Below are positions 1-10,126 of a DNA stretch of 64,000 bases, in pieces. The notes under the pieces are model-generated. The model did no database searches. It saw only the letters and a program-made list of their open reading frames with translations, and had not been told where the DNA came from. The translations under genes and the position numbers were made by a program. The stretch is from Chlorobiota bacterium (GTDB lineage Bacteria; Bacteroidota; Ignavibacteria; Kapaibacteriales; NICIL-2), in the NCBI GenBank assembly GCA_044228285.1, contig JBGAVD010000005.1:193648-257647 (forward strand). Reading direction: 5' to 3'. Positions within the stretch are counted from its first letter, which is position 1, and every line of letters begins with the position of its first letter.

Positions 1-1
1 G

Positions 2-838
2 TTCATTGTGCTCGGTTGGGGATACATCAATCCTGCAAACTATGTACCTTATATTCCTGAAAACACGGGTGCTTTTGAGCACTTCGGCTGGACAGGTATC
101 GTGACTGGAGCTGCAGTAGTGTTTTTTGCTTTCATTGGTTTTGATGCAGTATCCACAGCGGCTCAAGAAGCGAAGAACCCTCAACGTGATATGCCAATTG
201 GGATTCTTGGCTCTCTGGCGATCTGCACCATTTTGTATTTGGTGTTTGCGCACGTCATGACAGGACTGGAGAACTACAAGAATTTTGCTGGCGAAGCCGC
301 TCCAGTGGCAAAGGCTATCGCGAACACTCCATATGACTGGCTCTACAGAGCAATCATCATTGCCATCTTGATTGGCTATATGTCGGTTATTCTCGTGATG
401 CTCATGGGACAGTCGCGTGTAGCATATGCTATGTCAAAAGATGGACTGTTAGGAAAAGTCTTTTCCACCATCCATCCTCGCTTCCGCACTCCGTACAAAG
501 CGAATGTGATCTTCATGATTCTTGTTGCAATCATCGCTGGTCTTGTTCCCGTAGATGTTTTAGGAGAAGCGACGAGTATAGGAACCTTGTTAGCCTTCGT
601 TCTTGTGTGTGTTGGAGTTATCATACTTCGCAAAACGATGCCAGATGCTCCTCGTTCTTTCAAGACACCTCTTGTGCCGCTAGTGCCAATCCTTGGTATC
701 CTCACTTGTGCATACATGATGTACTCACTACCACTAGATACTTGGGCACGTTTACTCGTGTGGTTTGGCTTGGGTCTCATCGTCTACTTCGGTTATTCGG
801 TCAAGAATTCGAAGCTACGCTTAGCAGACAAAGCTTAG
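2..838 (+). CDS. APC-family amino acid permease, C-terminal portion (5' end truncated by window edge)
   Basis: Multi-TM hydrophobic ORF in frame with the window start. The C-terminal segments resemble APC/amino-acid-polyamine-organocation permeases. It is paralogous in character to the downstream gene. Confidence 0.65.
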   Translation, partial: FIVLGWGYINPANYVPYIPENTGAFEHFGWTGIVTGAAVVFFAFIGFDAVSTAAQEAKNPQRDMPIGILGSLAICTILYLVFAHVMTGLENYKNFAGEAAPVAKAIANTPYDWLYRAIIIAILIGYMSVILVMLMGQSRVAYAMSKDGLLGKVFSTIHPRFRTPYKANVIFMILVAIIAGLVPVDVLGEATSIGTLLAFVLVCVGVIILRKTMPDAPRSFKTPLVPLVPILGILTCAYMMYSLPLDTWARLLVWFGLGLIVYFGYSVKNSKLRLADKA

Positions 839-862
839 TCGTTCAACAGTCTTTTTCTATAG

Positions 863-892
863 AAGCGCGGTTTCACCGCGCTTCCTTTTTAT
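863..892 (+). terminator. Rho-independent terminator hairpin (gaagcgcgg-tttcac-ccgcgcttc) followed by a T-run
   Basis: Perfect GC-rich inverted repeat immediately followed by cttttta, 25 nt after the permease stop codon. Confidence 0.6.
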
Positions 893-904
893 GGAGCATA
901 GCAC

Positions 905-2365
905 ATGTCAGAACTGAAAGAGTTTAAGCGGGACATCAAACTCCTTGATGCTACCCTCATAGTGGTTGGCATCATGATTGGGTCAGGAATCTTCATTGTT
1001 AGTGCCGACATTGCCAGAACGGTGGGTTCGGCTGGTTGGCTACTCGTTGTTTGGGGAGTAACTGGGGTTATTACGCTCGTTGGAGCGCTCAGTTATGGTG
1101 AGCTTGGCGGACTCTTTCCTCAGGCAGGTGGACAATATGTGTACTTACGAGAAGCTTACAATCCACTCGTTGCCTTTTTGTACGGGTGGACCTGCTTCAT
1201 GGTTATCCAAACAGGCTCAATCGCGGCAGTAGGTGTTGCGTTCGCTAAGTACCTTGCAGTGCTTATACCGGCACTTGACGAATCTCATGCGATCAATATA
1301 GCGGGTGATTTCAAGATCTCATCGGCTCAGATTGTTGCCATCGCCATGATCTGCTTCTTAACCTGGGTGAACACAAGAGGAGTGCATACAGGAAAGCTCA
1401 TACAGAATGTGTTCACCTTTGCCAAGGTTGGTTCCATGGTTGGTATCATAGTCTTGGGACTGGTGATAGGATACAACCACGACGTAGTGACTGCAAACCT
1501 CGCGCATTTTTGGGAAGCGAAGCGCATCACTTTGGGTGATAGCGGAACGATCACAGAAGTTCTGCAACTCAGTGGTTACTCACTCGTCGCTGCCATCGCC
1601 GTTGCCCAGGTGGGATCCCTTTTCTCGAGTGACGGCTGGAATAATCTGACCTTTGCAGCAGCAGAAGTCGTTAATCCTCGCAAGAACATACCTTTGGCCT
1701 TGCTCTTTGGAACCTTGATAGTAACTGCTCTCTATATTAGTGTCAATTTGGCATACCTTGTCACTCTACCAGTTGAAGGAAGTGTCAATGGCAGTGTGCT
1801 AGAGCACGGAATTCAATTTGCTACGAACGATCGTGTCGGGGCAGCTTCTGCTGAGATGATCTTTCCCGGAACAGGTGCGTTGATCATGGCTGTCCTTATC
1901 ATGATCTCAACTTTCGGATGTAACAATGGGATGATTTTGGCTGGGGCAAGATGTTACTATGCCATGGCTAAGGATAAGCTGTTCTTCTCGAGAGTAGGAG
2001 AGCTGAATACGAAGTCAGTACCTGCATTTGCACTCTGGCTTCAATGCGGTTGGGCTTCTTTGCTATGCTTGACGGGAAAGTACGGAGATCTTCTTGACTA
2101 TGTCATTTTCGCGGTTCTCCTGTTTTACATCGCAACAATTGTCGGCATCTTCATCCTTCGTCGGAAAATGCCAGATGCTGAACGTCCAGTTAGAGCTGTT
2201 GGGTACCCATTCCTTCCAATTCTCTACATCGTTATGGCTTTCACTATCAGCGTGGTGCTTCTGATTGAGAAGCCAGCGTTTACCTATCCTGGCTTAGGTA
2301 TTGTTCTGGCGGGAATACCTGTGTACTACATTTGGCGATCGAAGCAAAATGAAAAAGCCGCGTGA
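905..2365 (+). CDS. APC-family amino acid transporter (12-TM permease)
   Basis: 486-aa ORF, strongly hydrophobic throughout, with a conserved N-terminal GxG-rich TM1 region (IMIGSGIFIV) typical of APC permeases. ATG start is preceded by a spacer after the upstream terminator. Confidence 0.75.
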   Translation: MSELKEFKRDIKLLDATLIVVGIMIGSGIFIVSADIARTVGSAGWLLVVWGVTGVITLVGALSYGELGGLFPQAGGQYVYLREAYNPLVAFLYGWTCFMVIQTGSIAAVGVAFAKYLAVLIPALDESHAINIAGDFKISSAQIVAIAMICFLTWVNTRGVHTGKLIQNVFTFAKVGSMVGIIVLGLVIGYNHDVVTANLAHFWEAKRITLGDSGTITEVLQLSGYSLVAAIAVAQVGSLFSSDGWNNLTFAAAEVVNPRKNIPLALLFGTLIVTALYISVNLAYLVTLPVEGSVNGSVLEHGIQFATNDRVGAASAEMIFPGTGALIMAVLIMISTFGCNNGMILAGARCYYAMAKDKLFFSRVGELNTKSVPAFALWLQCGWASLLCLTGKYGDLLDYVIFAVLLFYIATIVGIFILRRKMPDAERPVRAVGYPFLPILYIVMAFTISVVLLIEKPAFTYPGLGIVLAGIPVYYIWRSKQNEKAA

Positions 2366-2379
2366 GACGCGGCTTTTTG
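2354..2379 (+). terminator. Rho-independent terminator; the hairpin (agccgcg-tgaga-cgcggct) encloses the TGA stop codon of the permease and is followed by TTTTT
   Basis: Inverted repeat gccgcg/cgcggc with the stop codon TGA (2363-2365) in the loop, then a T5 run. Confidence 0.6.
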
Positions 2380-2430
2380 AATGATCATTACTGTCCGTGT
2401 TGCCTTGAGAAGACAGTAGGGATAACTTTA

Positions 2431-3582
2431 CTACTTAGCAATCGGAATCTTGAAGTAGACTGACAATCCGAGGCTCGCAGAGACGGGACGTGGATTGTTT
2501 TGGGAGTTGTATTTCCATGCACCATTTGCTGACTGGAGATCGTCACTAAAGATATAGTTCCGTGCGTCGCTATAAATGGCTTTAAGCGGGTAGCTTGCCA
2601 TGAAACGGAAATTGACACGACCCCAGTTTTGCTCGGTTACAGGTATGTCAGTACCAATTTTTAATGCAGCTACGCTACCCAAATAGTTCTCATATGCTGC
2701 ACTGTTCTGACCAAATGCTTGGCCAACATAAAAGAGACCAAGACCCGAGTTGTCGGCACCTATTCTAGTACCATTCGTACCGCTTCCATTACGCGTGGCC
2801 ATGGAAAATCCGGTTGTATCGCGAGTGACGTTGACCTCTGCATCAGAACCAAGCTTCGTTGTTCCACTAGTTGACGATTGGAAGCCCACACCAATGACAA
2901 TACCAGCCAGGTTCAAGTGTGGAAAGAAGTCAAGATAATTGTATGTCTCGTGAACCGTGTATGCATCTTGTGGCGTGGATGAAAGAACTTGATCGGCGGA
3001 CGGACGGCTGAGATAAGAGTATTGATGCATACCGAGACTTAATCCGAAGCTTATCGTTCCAAGTGCGGAGAATGGCACTAACAATGTCGCACCATATTCA
3101 GGTAGTGCAGCTACCTTCACATCTGTACGACGACCATTGGCAACTTCAGTATTGATCCCACCTCCAACAAGTCCGAAGTACGGCCCTATGAATATACCCC
3201 AACGTTCTTTTGCTGTTTTTGGAACAACCGTTGGTGTAATAAGTGTAGTGCCGTTCGAATTGTCTGGAGATACAACAATTCCAGTTCCAGTTCTGCCGTT
3301 TTGTCCACCTTGATTGGTGCTATCGACATATGCCAGTGATCGCTCAACTTGCGCAATCCCGTGAGCTGTTAGAGAAATGGCTTCACTCGAAGGTGCGCTA
3401 AAAACACTTCTGTAAGAACCAGTGAGTTCGTCTGCTAAGGATAGAGAAACAACCCGTTGATCTCTTGTTTGCACGGCAACATCCTGGCTAGAGCTAGCAC
3501 GCTCTCTAACAGAATCGCTTAGCAATGGTGAGCTAAGAGCAAGAACAAGGAAAGCCGCGGATGGTAGGTATTTAGGTAGCAT
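2431..3582 (-). CDS. Hypothetical secreted/outer-membrane protein (possible beta-barrel)
   Basis: 383-aa ORF with an N-terminal signal peptide (MLPKYLPSAAFLVLALSSPLLS). It is Gly/Ser/Thr-rich with alternating amphipathic stretches. I recognise no catalytic motif. Confidence 0.4.
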   Translation of the reverse strand: MLPKYLPSAAFLVLALSSPLLSDSVRERASSSQDVAVQTRDQRVVSLSLADELTGSYRSVFSAPSSEAISLTAHGIAQVERSLAYVDSTNQGGQNGRTGTGIVVSPDNSNGTTLITPTVVPKTAKERWGIFIGPYFGLVGGGINTEVANGRRTDVKVAALPEYGATLLVPFSALGTISFGLSLGMHQYSYLSRPSADQVLSSTPQDAYTVHETYNYLDFFPHLNLAGIVIGVGFQSSTSGTTKLGSDAEVNVTRDTTGFSMATRNGSGTNGTRIGADNSGLGLFYVGQAFGQNSAAYENYLGSVAALKIGTDIPVTEQNWGRVNFRFMASYPLKAIYSDARNYIFSDDLQSANGAWKYNSQNNPRPVSASLGLSVYFKIPIAK

Positions 3583-4214
3583 AAGACATCATTATTAGTG
3601 AGTAGTATGATGACAACATTGATTAGTATTCGTTCGGTTAAGCTCAAAATATGATGTTTATGAAGAGTTGCAAGCGTGTTTTATTAACAATTCACCAAGA
3701 GATTGCAATAAGTTGGAGGTAGGGAATAGACCATGTATGACATTGGAATGAGCACTCTTATCCACCGCCGTGCTTATTCCAGTGTATGAAAGCCATTCGT
3801 TAGGACGCTCTCGGTTTCAAGAGAGTATCGTTGCAAACAATGGAAATATATGCTCTCAAAGAGGAGATTTGCCAGGCACAACAAACTCGAAAGTTCGCAA
3901 TCCCATGATAACATTGGCGCACGGAGTATCTCCGTAATTCGAGTTTGTTCGAAACACTAACAGACAAGCTAGTTGAGTTGGAGATACTACAGTCGCGTAG
4001 GGTACTTCTCTTGTGGACTTTTCAACACTAGTTCTCGAATGCCTCTCAATTCCGTAAATTGCGCCACTAGGTTCAGCATTGATTGCATATACTGGCTATT
4101 TCGAAGCTGGTTCTTGTGTTCTGCTCTCTGTGAGCGAACGCCTCCTCGATGCGATCAGTAAAGTGTATACATCATCGAATCTAGGACGACTTTTACTGTA
4201 CAACGGGAAGCAAT

Positions 4215-4904
4215 ATGGCATCGAAGCGCGCACTTTTCGGAACGACAGTCATGCAGAAGTATATCGTGGCATTCAGCGGTTTAGCGATCGTTGGATTCTT
4301 GATAGCTCACTTGGCTGGCAATCTGTTGGTCTATGCAGGACCTTCAGCATTCAATAAGTATGCACAAGGATTACGAGATCTAGGTGCTTTGCTATGGCTT
4401 ATGCGACTCGGAACTTTCGTTGCATTCGTCATGCATATTGTGTTTAGCGTAAAACTAAAAGGACGCAATGCAGCCGCTCGACCAACAAACTACAGTGTTG
4501 TTAGTACCCAGGCATCTACGGTTTCGTCAAGAAGCATGGTCTATACGGGTCTAACCATTCTGACCTTTGTACTCTTTCACCTTGCGCACTTCACCTGGGG
4601 CAAGGTTCAACCGAAACATTTCGAAGGTTCTTGGATGTTGCCTGATGGACGTCTTGTTCACAATGCGTACGCAATGACTGTCGCTGGATTTCAAGAAACA
4701 TCGATTAGCGTACTCTATCTTGTTGCAGTTACTGTCGTATTCCTTCATCTCAATCATGCGGTTCAAAGTGCAGTCCAGACTATAGGATTCAATCACCCAC
4801 GGTATCGTCCGTTGGTTCTCAACATCAGCAAGGTTCTTTCGATAGTGCTTTGGTTAGGCTTTTTCTCGATACCGATTAGTGTGTTGATCGGACGTGTTAA
4901 CTAG
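4215..4904 (+). CDS. frdC: Succinate dehydrogenase/fumarate reductase cytochrome b membrane subunit (type B, Bacteroides FrdC-like)
   Basis: 229-aa polytopic membrane protein with His residues in the TM helices. It lies immediately upstream of, and overlaps or abuts, the flavoprotein subunit gene. This is the operon order C-A-B of type-B SQR. Confidence 0.7.
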   Translation: MASKRALFGTTVMQKYIVAFSGLAIVGFLIAHLAGNLLVYAGPSAFNKYAQGLRDLGALLWLMRLGTFVAFVMHIVFSVKLKGRNAAARPTNYSVVSTQASTVSSRSMVYTGLTILTFVLFHLAHFTWGKVQPKHFEGSWMLPDGRLVHNAYAMTVAGFQETSISVLYLVAVTVVFLHLNHAVQSAVQTIGFNHPRYRPLVLNISKVLSIVLWLGFFSIPISVLIGRVN

Positions 4905-4917
4905 GAATGGAGACAAG

Positions 4918-6831
4918 ATGATTTTAGATTCGAAAATTCCCGCAGGACCGATCCAAGAGAAATGGGATCGTCATCGTCGCGATATCAAACTGGTCAATCC
5001 TGCTAATAAGCGGAAGTTTAAAGTTATTGTTGTCGGCACTGGCTTGGCCGGAGCATCCGCAGCCGCTACGTTATCCGAACTCGGCTATCAGGTAGATGCG
5101 TTTTCATTTCATGATTCACCACGTCGCGCACACTCGATTGCCGCACAGGGCGGTATCAATGCCGCGAAGAACTATCAGAATGACGGCGACAGTATTCACC
5201 GACTTTTCTATGATACGGTTAAGGGTGGCGACTTCCGGGCTCGTGAGGGAAACGTTTACCGTCTTGCCCAAGTAAGTGTGAACATTATTGACCAGTGTGT
5301 TGCCCAAGGCGTGCCCTTTGCCCGCGAGTACGGTGGACTCTTGGACAATCGCTCATTCGGTGGTGCGCAAGTTTCAAGAACTTTCTACGCTCGTGGCCAG
5401 ACAGGTCAACAACTCTTAATTGGTGCATATCAAGCAATGATGCGCACGGTAGGGCTTGGTAAAACACGTCTATGGAATCGCGAGGAGATGTTGGATGTGG
5501 TGATCGTGGATGGTCATGCCAAGGGTATTATCTCGCGTAACCTTGTCACCGGTGCTATTACACGTCACTCCGCAGACGCAGTCTTACTCTGTACTGGTGG
5601 TTATGGCAATGTGTTCTTCCTTTCAACGAACGCAAAGAACTCCAACGTAACAGCTGCATTCCGCGCCTACAAGCGTGGCGCTGCATTTGCCAATCCGTGT
5701 TACACACAGATTCACCCTACATGCATTCCGGTAAGTGGCGATCATCAATCAAAACTGACCTTAATGTCGGAGTCCCTGCGAAATGACGGACGTATCTGGG
5801 TTCCAAAAACACTGGGAGATGGGAGGAGTCCAGATCAGATTCCTGAGAGCGAACGCGACTACTACCTGGAACGCAAGTATCCAAGCTTTGGTAACCTCTC
5901 GCCACGCGACATCGCCTCACGTGCCGCAAAGCAGGTGTGCGATGAAGGTCGCGGAGTTGGTCCAGGAGGCTTGGGAGTGTATCTTGATTTTGCCTCTGCA
6001 ATTCAACGTCTCGGTAAGGATGTAGTTGAAGAGCGCTATGGAAATCTCTTTGAGATGTATGAGCGAATTACGGCAGAGAATCCGTACGAAGTTCCAATGC
6101 GAATTTTTCCAGCAGTTCACTATACCATGGGTGGTTTGTGGGTTGATTATAACCTCATGAGCAACCTTCCTGGTCTGCACGTACTTGGAGAAGCCAACTT
6201 CTCGGATCACGGAGCAAATCGCTTAGGCGCTAGCGCTCTGATGCAAGGTTTGGCTGATGGGTACTTTGTGATTCCGTACACAATCGGACACTACTTTGCT
6301 TCCCATCCTCAAGTTCGTCCAAGCACTGATCATCCTGCATTTGAAGAAGCAGAACAACAAGTTCGTGGTAAGATTAATAAGCTCTTGACCATCAATGGTT
6401 CACGTAGTGCAATGTCATTCCACCGTGAGCTTGGTAAGATCATGTGGGACTATTGTGGAATGTCGCGCAATGCAGATGGTTTGAAAAAAGCTCTGGAGCT
6501 TATTCCGAAGCTACGTGAAGAGTTTTGGCAGAATCTGCGTGTGCCAGGCCAAGGCGAAGACCTCAATCAGAACCTTGAAGTTGCTGGTCGAGTTGCAGAC
6601 TTCATGGAGTTCTCCGAGCTGATGTGTATGGACGCCTTGAATCGCAATGAATCCTGTGGAGGACATTTCCGAGAAGAGTTTCAAACAGCTGAAGGCGAAG
6701 CAGAAAGAAACGACGCAGAGTATACCTATGTCGGTGCATGGGAATACCAAGGTGATACTCAGAAGCCTGTCATGCATAAGGAAGCTCTCGAGTTCGAGAA
6801 TATTCACTTAGCAGTGCGAAGCTACAAGTAG
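4918..6831 (+). CDS. frdA: Succinate dehydrogenase/fumarate reductase flavoprotein subunit
   Basis: N-terminal FAD-binding fingerprint [14 protein letters not shown], plus conserved [12 protein letters not shown] and HYTMGG motifs. The length (~638 aa) matches type-B FrdA. The ATG at 4918 has GGAG 9 nt upstream. An alternative GTG exists at 4894. Confidence 0.9.
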   Translation: MILDSKIPAGPIQEKWDRHRRDIKLVNPANKRKFKVIVVGTGLAGASAAATLSELGYQVDAFSFHDSPRRAHSIAAQGGINAAKNYQNDGDSIHRLFYDTVKGGDFRAREGNVYRLAQVSVNIIDQCVAQGVPFAREYGGLLDNRSFGGAQVSRTFYARGQTGQQLLIGAYQAMMRTVGLGKTRLWNREEMLDVVIVDGHAKGIISRNLVTGAITRHSADAVLLCTGGYGNVFFLSTNAKNSNVTAAFRAYKRGAAFANPCYTQIHPTCIPVSGDHQSKLTLMSESLRNDGRIWVPKTLGDGRSPDQIPESERDYYLERKYPSFGNLSPRDIASRAAKQVCDEGRGVGPGGLGVYLDFASAIQRLGKDVVEERYGNLFEMYERITAENPYEVPMRIFPAVHYTMGGLWVDYNLMSNLPGLHVLGEANFSDHGANRLGASALMQGLADGYFVIPYTIGHYFASHPQVRPSTDHPAFEEAEQQVRGKINKLLTINGSRSAMSFHRELGKIMWDYCGMSRNADGLKKALELIPKLREEFWQNLRVPGQGEDLNQNLEVAGRVADFMEFSELMCMDALNRNESCGGHFREEFQTAEGEAERNDAEYTYVGAWEYQGDTQKPVMHKEALEFENIHLAVRSYK

Positions 6832-6950
6832 AGTCGCTGTGGCACAATGGGTGCGCAAGCGGCTTGCGACAAGCAAAGGTTTGAACGAATTGTGACCCTA
6901 ATGCGCCTGTAAGAAGGTGCTCATAGAGAAATCAAAAAAGGAATGAGATC

Positions 6951-7700
6951 ATGAAGTTGAAGCTGAACATTTGGAGACAGAAGAATCAAGGTAGCACCGG
7001 TGGTATGGTGGCCTATGATATGGATAATGTAAGCCCGGACATGAGCTTCCTCGAAATGCTCGACATACTTAATGAGAAACTCATTGAGCGAGGTGAAGAA
7101 CCGGTTGCTTTTGAGCATGATTGTCGTGAAGGTATCTGCGGATCCTGTGGTATGATGATCAATGGTATGGCCCATGGTCCTGAGCGCTTGACAACCACCT
7201 GTCAGTTACACATGCGAAAGTTCAGCGATGGTGATGAGATTACCATCGAGCCATGGCGCGCGAAAGCCTTCCCTGTGATCAAGGACTTGGTTGTTGATCG
7301 TGCTTCTTTTGATAACATTATTGCATCTGGTGGCTTCGTAAGTGTTAATACTGGTGGAGTTCCTGATGCCAATGCAATACCTGTTCCGAAAGTCAATGCG
7401 GATAGAGCTTTTGATGCTGCTGCGTGCATCGGCTGCGGTGCCTGCGTTGCTGCATGTCCAAATGCTTCAGCTATGCTCTTTACATCTGCAAAAGTCATGC
7501 ACCTTGCTCATTTGCCCCAAGGTCAAGCGGAGCGTAGTCAGCGTGTGATTTCCATGATTAGCACCATGGACGCTGAGGGTTTTGGTGGCTGTACTAATCA
7601 TTATGAGTGCGAGGCTGCATGTCCAAAGGGCATCTCTGTAGAGAATATTGCCGCAATGAATCGGGACCTCTTTACAGCTAGCTTTGCAAGCCGTGACTAA
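6951..7700 (+). CDS. frdB: Succinate dehydrogenase/fumarate reductase iron-sulfur subunit
   Basis: 2Fe-2S Cys cluster [10 protein letters not shown] and 4Fe-4S/3Fe-4S motifs [12 protein letters not shown] and CEAACP. The gene is RBS-preceded and third in the operon. Confidence 0.9.
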   Translation: MKLKLNIWRQKNQGSTGGMVAYDMDNVSPDMSFLEMLDILNEKLIERGEEPVAFEHDCREGICGSCGMMINGMAHGPERLTTTCQLHMRKFSDGDEITIEPWRAKAFPVIKDLVVDRASFDNIIASGGFVSVNTGGVPDANAIPVPKVNADRAFDAAACIGCGACVAACPNASAMLFTSAKVMHLAHLPQGQAERSQRVISMISTMDAEGFGGCTNHYECEAACPKGISVENIAAMNRDLFTASFASRD

Positions 7701-7728
7701 CACTTGTATCTACGACGAGTTATGATTC

Positions 7729-7766
7729 AAAGAGGCACTGATTTCCACAGTGCCTCTTTGCTTTTA
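7729..7766 (+). terminator. Rho-independent terminator after frdB
   Basis: Inverted repeat aaagaggcactg/cagtgcctcttt followed by gctttt. Confidence 0.6.
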
Positions 7767-7968
7767 GCTAGATTTTTCGTAGGTCAATTGCTCGGTTTGC
7801 TTCTTTACGACGACTGAGCTACCATGTGCTCTTGCTGTATCTAATTGTTGTGTGTACAATGATGTCAAAACGCTTTCTCCAAGAGTAGACAAGCTATAAG
7901 CGAAGACCGCACATCATTCACTTGGTGAAGAGAATAGTCGATTACTCAATGATGCGTTGAGTTGAACC

Positions 7969-9993
7969 ATGAAATCCTTTTACAGAACTGCATCGTTATT
8001 GCTTCTTGTCAGCCCGTGTCTGCATAGTCAACTATACTCTCAAGTACTTGATTGGGGTAATGCTCTAGGACCCTACAGTGGTTCTGTGTATGCTCTGAGC
8101 GCAACTGGGACTATGATTGTCTGCGGAGGTTCAAATGGCGTGTTTCGATCCCTAAATGAAGGTTTGACATGGTCCTACTCGCCAGTCCCTCACGCCAATG
8201 TCATCAGCAGCAAACAATGCGATGAGATCGATTTGATTGGAACCTTTGGCTCAGGTGTCTATAAAAGTTATCGCGGTGCAATCTGGGATAGTACGAACAA
8301 CGGACTTGGCAACTTGAATGTATGGGCAATGATAAAGGCGGCAGACACATTGTATGCTGGTACGAGTTCAGGTGTGTATATCACAACAAACTGTGGCGTT
8401 GATTGGACGATTCTCGATAGTGGAATTCAGAATCGAGTCGTTAATTGTTTTGCAGTTACTCCAACAGCTATTTATGCAGGAACCACCTCTGGTTTGTATC
8501 GACACTTGCGAGGGATAAAAGGTTGGATACGTTCGGACAGCGGTTTGGGAAACTTCGTAGTGAAGTGTCTCAGCAGCAATGGTAAGGATATTGTTGCTGG
8601 AACATTAGCTGGTGTATTTCGCTCAACTGACGCCGGGCGAAGTTGGCAGGGAATCAACACTGGTTTGAGCGCTCAATCAATCCGATCGATTGTATGGAGT
8701 CCGCAGTACTTGTTTATAGCCACGAACCAAGGCTTATTCAGGAGTTCAAACTCAGGCGATAGCTGGCATGCAATACCTATTAGTCCATCTGACTCGAACA
8801 CAACGGCTCTAGCTCTTTCAAACGAGAAAGTCTTTGCAGGTACCGTTGCCTCGGGTCTGTTTATGAGCACAGACAATGGTCTGACCTGGGAGTTGTGTGA
8901 GGTTGCGGGATCTGTCGTTCGAGCACTGCATATGCATGAGAAAACACTCCGTTGCGGGAGTTTCCTTGGAATATGGCAGTCAAAGAGTGAAGGCGAAAAT
9001 TGGACACACTCGAGCCTAGACTCAGTTGTTCCTATTTCATTGATTAACCATTCGAACTCGCTGTTTTGCGCCACTATGAGCCGTGGCGTGTTTCGTTCAA
9101 CGGACAATGGCATTTCATGGCATGCACAGAATTCGGGCTTAACAGATCTAAAAGCTAGGTGTTTAGTTGTACATCAGGCTTCACTCGTACTAGGTACAAG
9201 CACTGCGATTTGGAAGAGCATTGATAGTGGTGTCACGTGGGGACTTTCTAGCACGGGAGTTCCCCAAACACAAGTGAATTCCATTTGTTCGATTGCTAAT
9301 GTGCTCCTAGCCGCCACACAGGGCTACGGCATCCTAAAGAGTAGCTACGGAGGTGCTTCGTGGATTTCATCTAATAGTGGTATGCGTGACTCAACCGTGC
9401 TTTGTCTTTACTCGAAGAACAACATCGTATATGCTGGCTCTTCAACGCGTCACGTATACTGGAGCACTGATCAAGGTGAAACATGGTTGACGTTGCCTGA
9501 TCCAACAGACCGAGGCTCCGCTGTTAGAGCAATTCAAAGTGTTGACTCATACTTGATTGTTGCTATTGACTCGGTTGGCTTGATGATGACCTCAGATAGT
9601 GGTAAGATCTGGCACAGCGCCGGGTTACAAGACTACTCCGTGTACTGCCTGATCAACGATAAGAACACCCTGTACGCTGGCACCAATGGCTCTGGAGTTT
9701 ATCGCTGTCGTGCACAATCGTTAGTAGAGGTTGAAGAGTTTCCCTTCGCTAAATGTGTTAACATAAAGCTGATACACGACAAGCTCCAGGGACGTTTGAG
9801 GATTGTTCGTGACATGCTGAGTGCAGGTGCCTGTATACAGATGTTTAGTCTTGGTGGCCAACTTGCTGTTGAGTCGGCGTCTTGCTCAGAACCTGAGTGT
9901 ACGATCGATGTTTCTAGTCTACCGAATGGACTCTACTTTGTTCGCATTGCGGAAGGCAATACGATCAATAACCTAAAGATCCTTTTTGAGTAG
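7969..9993 (+). CDS. Secreted BNR/Asp-box repeat (Ycf48/sortilin-like beta-propeller) protein with type-A T9SS C-terminal sorting domain
   Basis: Signal peptide. About eleven SxDxGxTW Asp-box repeats (STDNGLTW, STDAGRSW, SIDSGVTW, and others). The C-terminal ~80 aa (IQMFSLGGQ...LPNGLYFVRI...KILFE) match the T9SS Por_Secre_tail pattern. Confidence 0.6.
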   Translation: MKSFYRTASLLLLVSPCLHSQLYSQVLDWGNALGPYSGSVYALSATGTMIVCGGSNGVFRSLNEGLTWSYSPVPHANVISSKQCDEIDLIGTFGSGVYKSYRGAIWDSTNNGLGNLNVWAMIKAADTLYAGTSSGVYITTNCGVDWTILDSGIQNRVVNCFAVTPTAIYAGTTSGLYRHLRGIKGWIRSDSGLGNFVVKCLSSNGKDIVAGTLAGVFRSTDAGRSWQGINTGLSAQSIRSIVWSPQYLFIATNQGLFRSSNSGDSWHAIPISPSDSNTTALALSNEKVFAGTVASGLFMSTDNGLTWELCEVAGSVVRALHMHEKTLRCGSFLGIWQSKSEGENWTHSSLDSVVPISLINHSNSLFCATMSRGVFRSTDNGISWHAQNSGLTDLKARCLVVHQASLVLGTSTAIWKSIDSGVTWGLSSTGVPQTQVNSICSIANVLLAATQGYGILKSSYGGASWISSNSGMRDSTVLCLYSKNNIVYAGSSTRHVYWSTDQGETWLTLPDPTDRGSAVRAIQSVDSYLIVAIDSVGLMMTSDSGKIWHSAGLQDYSVYCLINDKNTLYAGTNGSGVYRCRAQSLVEVEEFPFAKCVNIKLIHDKLQGRLRIVRDMLSAGACIQMFSLGGQLAVESASCSEPECTIDVSSLPNGLYFVRIAEGNTINNLKILFE

Positions 9994-10053
9994 TGTCATT
10001 CGATGTTTAGAGCCATGTGACGAGTTATGCCGAGCACCGCAAGGTGCGAGCAT

Positions 10054-10090
10054 AAAAAAAGTCTCCTGAAGAACGTTCAGGAGACTTCAT
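10054..10090. terminator. Bidirectional terminator hairpin between convergent BNR-repeat genes
   Basis: agtctcctgaa-gaacg-ttcaggagact stem-loop flanked by an A7 run on the + strand (T-run on the - strand). It serves the - strand gene ending at 10127 and probably the + strand gene ending at 9993. Confidence 0.55.
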
Positions 10091-10126
10091 ATGTCAGATG
10101 TTCAATGAATAATTTGCGATCGAGAT

